Shown piece after piece: positions 9,000-11,574 of a stretch of 11,574 bases of DNA; positions within the stretch are counted from its first letter, which is position 1, and each line of letters begins with the position of its first letter. Location: the NCBI GenBank assembly GCA_038245785.1, contig JBBRSB010000055.1, positions 1 through 11,574 of the forward strand. The letters run 5' to 3'. The notes under the pieces are model-generated. The model ran no database searches. It worked only from the letters and a program-made list of their open reading frames with translations, and was not told the DNA's origin. A program made the position numbers and the translations under genes. The DNA is from Gloeobacterales cyanobacterium. Lineage in GTDB: Bacteria > Cyanobacteriota > Cyanobacteriia > Gloeobacterales > PMM-0068.

Positions 9000-10328
9000 T
9001 TAACAGTTCAGGTAGTGTTCCATCTCCCAGGGCGTCACCTGGACATGATGTTGAGCCAATTCTTGATACTTCAAATCTAGATAGGTCTTCGCGCCCATCT
9101 CACTTAGCATCGCCATCAGCAGAGGGTCCTGCTCCAGGCAACGCAGGGCTTCTCCTAAACTGGTCGGCAGCGTTTGCAGGTCAGAAAATTCTGCGCCTCG
9201 GACAAACATATTTTCATCCAGCCGCTCACCCGGATGCAGGTGTTCTTTCATTCCTTCCAGACCCGCCGCCAGCATCCCTGCTTCTGCTAAGTAGAGATTG
9301 ACAGCACCATCGACCAAGCGGCACTCAAAGCGTCCCCCTTCTGGAATACGAATCATGTGCGTACGGTTGTTACCCCCGTAGGAGATATAGCGAGGGCTCC
9401 ACGTACTTCCAGAGTGCGTCATCGTCGCATCCAGCCGCTTATAGGAATTCACCGTCGGGCTACAGAGGGAAGTAAGTCCCCGCCCATGGGCCAAGAGACC
9501 GCCCAGGAATTCATAGGCCAGGGGTGAGAGGCCCATTTCATCGCTATCCTCGGCAAAAGCATTCTGCCCCCGCTTATCCCAAAGACTCATGTGCACATGC
9601 GCCCCATTGCCGGTCAGATGGCTAAAGGGTTTGGGCATGAAGGTGGCGGTCAGCCCCCGTTGCTCAGCCAGGGTTTTAACCATGTATTTGAAGAACACAT
9701 GGCGATCGGCGGTGACCAGAGCATCGTTGTAGGTCCAGTTGAGTTCAAACTGGCCGTTGGCATCTTCATGGTCGCACTGGTACGGCTCCCAACCCAGTTC
9801 TTCCATATAGCGGACTATGGTGGAAATGAAGTCAAACTGACGCATCAAATTCAGTTGGTCGTAGCAAGGACGGGCCGCCGTATCCAGTTCATCGGCCACC
9901 TGATAGCTCTGCCCCTGCTTCTTGACCAGCAGAAATTCGGCTTCTACTCCAGTTTTGTAGGCATAGCCCAGGGCTTCACAGCGACGAAGCACTTGTTTCA
10001 GCATCATCCGGGGCGCACTGGCAAAAGGTTTGCCTTCTAAATAAACTTCGCTGGCTACCCAGCCGACATTCGGTTGCCAGGGCAACACGATCAGGGAATT
10101 AGGGTCTGGTATGGCGGCAATATCAGGAGCATCTGGCCCCAGACCGAGATTGGAGGCAAAGGGAGCAAAAAAGGCACCAGCGGATTCAACGGCGCTGATT
10201 TTAGCGGCAGGAACCAACTTGGCACGAGTTCCACCTAAGAGATCGGTATAGGAAACAAGAAAAAAGTTAAGCTTTAGCTCCTTGGCCAACTCGGCCAGGG
10301 TACTGCCCTTGGTTAATGTGCTGACCAT
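9000..10328 (-). CDS. glnT: Type III glutamate--ammonia ligase family (GlnT / gamma-glutamylmethylamide synthetase GmaS-like)
   Basis: SYTDLLGGTRAKLVP, KTGVEAEFLL, PCYDQ, PYQCDHEDANGQFELNW, ALVTADRH.FFK, ATFMPKPF..LTGNG.H.H.S.W, NNRTHMIRIP, RFECRLVDG are characteristic of the GlnT/GmaS clade. Confidence 0.9.
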   Translation of the reverse strand: MVSTLTKGSTLAELAKELKLNFFLVSYTDLLGGTRAKLVPAAKISAVESAGAFFAPFASNLGLGPDAPDIAAIPDPNSLIVLPWQPNVGWVASEVYLEGKPFASAPRMMLKQVLRRCEALGYAYKTGVEAEFLLVKKQGQSYQVADELDTAARPCYDQLNLMRQFDFISTIVRYMEELGWEPYQCDHEDANGQFELNWTYNDALVTADRHVFFKYMVKTLAEQRGLTATFMPKPFSHLTGNGAHVHMSLWDKRGQNAFAEDSDEMGLSPLAYEFLGGLLAHGRGLTSLCSPTVNSYKRLDATMTHSGSTWSPRYISYGGNNRTHMIRIPEGGRFECRLVDGAVNLYLAEAGMLAAGLEGMKEHLHPGERLDENMFVRGAEFSDLQTLPTSLGEALRCLEQDPLLMAMLSEMGAKTYLDLKYQELAQHHVQVTPWEMEHYLNC

Positions 10329-10362
10329 CCCTATGACGCTCCGTCTGCTTCTGTCTGCTTTG

Positions 10363-10404
10363 AGTAAACCAAGCTTGTTATGACGAGTTTGTATCTAGAG
10401 ATAC
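10363..10404 (-). promoter_or_regulatory. NtcA-type promoter of glnT/gmaS: NtcA box 10391-10404, palindrome 10374-10387, weak -10 TTTACT 10368-10363
   Basis: Minus strand reads GTATCTCTAGATAC AAA CTCGTCATAACAAG CTTGG TTTACT. Confidence 0.72.
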
Positions 10405-10443
10405 GGGGGAGGCATATTGGAAAGAAGTATGGAGCAACCAGCC

Positions 10444-11424
10444 ATGGAAAAGCGACAGTTAGGCAAAGGCGGTCCATCGGTTTCCGCAATTGGACTGGGA
10501 TGTATGGGTATGTCGGATTTCTATGGTCCAGCAGATGACCAGGAGAGCATTGCGACAGTCAAAGCAGCGTTGGAAGAGGGAGTTACCTTTCTGGATACAG
10601 GGGATTTCTACGGCATGGGGCACAATGAGATGCTGCTGCGCGAGGCCCTAGGAGGACAGCGTGAGCAAGCATTTCTGTCTGTCAAGTTTGGTGCTCAACG
10701 TACCCCTAAGGGCGAGTTCATTGGCTTTGATGGACGACCCGCCGCTGTCAAGACCTCTCTGGCCTACAGTTTGCAGCGTCTAGGCACAGACTATATCGAT
10801 CTCTACCAGCCAGCCCGCATCGATCCGACGGTACCGATTGAAGAAACGATTGGGGCGATTGCTGAGATGGTTCAAGCAGGCTACGTCCGCCATATCGGCC
10901 TATCGGAAGCGTCTGTCCAGACTATTCGCCGTGCCCATGCGGTTCATCCAATTACGGCGTTGCAAATTGAGTACTCGCTGCTCTCCCGTGACATCGAGGC
11001 AGAGGTCTTACCGACCCTTCGCGAGTTGGGCATTGGCCTTGTCGCCTATGGAGTTCTCTCCCGTGGTTTGCTGAGTGATAGAAGCCATACTAACCCCGCT
11101 GCTGGAGACTTTCGGGCTTATCTGCCACGTTTTGCCGGGGATAACCTGAAGTCTAATCTGGCCCTGGTAGACGCGCTCAGGTCATTAGCGACCCAGAAGG
11201 GGGTAACTGTTGCCCAGATTGCCATTGCCTGGGTACTTGCCCGTGGAGAAGATATTGTGCCCCTAGTCGGTGCCCGTAAACGAGAGCGCCTGAGCGAGTC
11301 CCTGGCTGCTACCCAGATTCATCTGACCCCAGAGGAGATGACCCAAATCGAGGCTACCGTATCCCCGACAGCAGTGGCCGGAACACGCTACAGTGCAGAA
11401 CAGATGGCCATGCTGGATGGTTGA
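10444..11424 (+). CDS. Aldo/keto reductase
   Basis: [73 protein letters not shown] 10444 has GGAG upstream; alternative starts are 10429 and 10417. Confidence 0.92.
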   Translation: MEKRQLGKGGPSVSAIGLGCMGMSDFYGPADDQESIATVKAALEEGVTFLDTGDFYGMGHNEMLLREALGGQREQAFLSVKFGAQRTPKGEFIGFDGRPAAVKTSLAYSLQRLGTDYIDLYQPARIDPTVPIEETIGAIAEMVQAGYVRHIGLSEASVQTIRRAHAVHPITALQIEYSLLSRDIEAEVLPTLRELGIGLVAYGVLSRGLLSDRSHTNPAAGDFRAYLPRFAGDNLKSNLALVDALRSLATQKGVTVAQIAIAWVLARGEDIVPLVGARKRERLSESLAATQIHLTPEEMTQIEATVSPTAVAGTRYSAEQMAMLDG

Positions 11425-11447
11425 GAGATCCCCCTCCTGAGTCTTGA

Positions 11448-11487
11448 ACCCCTCAGGCCCTACGGGCCAGCTCCCCTTAAGGGGAGC
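11448..11487. repeat. REP-like double hairpin downstream of the aldo/keto reductase
   Basis: ACCCCTCA, then GGCCC-TAC-GGGCC (11456-11468), A, then the perfect 18-bp palindrome GCTCCCCTTAAGGGGAGC (11470-11487). Confidence 0.65.
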
Positions 11488-11574
11488 CTCCTCTGGGGGC
11501 AGAAAGATAGTTTGGATTTGGGTGCAAACACTACCCAAGCGATAGTCCACGCTATCTACTGCTTGGATGCCTAA

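Noticed and set aside
6965..10040. Plus-strand ORFs within the amine oxidase and glnT genes, and minus-strand 7930-8223
   Set aside because: Shadow ORFs of strongly supported genes.
10343..10360. Short duplication GTCTGCTT in the glnT leader
   Set aside because: Only two 8-bp copies, with no supporting structure.
10838..11550. ORFs 10838-11074 (+) and 11263-11550 (-)
   Set aside because: They overlap the AKR gene and the REP-like hairpins and have no motifs.

Overview
The window looks cyanobacterial, based on NtcA boxes and HIP1-like sites, and has two distinct parts. Left part (1 to ~3770): a lipid or head-group modification block rich in CGATCG/HIP1 sites. It holds a cytidylyltransferase-like domain fused to a CobD/HisC-like PLP domain (absent from the ORF track because it runs off the left edge), a PlsC-like acyltransferase with a vestigial fatty-acyl-AMP-ligase fragment, and a divergent membrane desaturase. 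Two decayed ~100-bp MITE-like repeats follow it. Right part (~4300-11574): almost free of HIP1. It holds a small winged-helix-like ORF, a HAD hydrolase, an amine-utilisation cluster (GlnT/GmaS-type ligase, copper amine oxidase, APC permease), a divergent aldo/keto reductase and a REP-like double hairpin. The most striking signal is that each of the three amine-cluster genes is preceded by the same composite promoter: an NtcA box (GTA-N8-TAC), exactly 3 bp, a 14-bp palindrome CTTGT-N4-ACAAG, 5 bp, then a -10-like hexamer. This suggests an amine-nitrogen regulon controlled jointly by NtcA and an unidentified second regulator.
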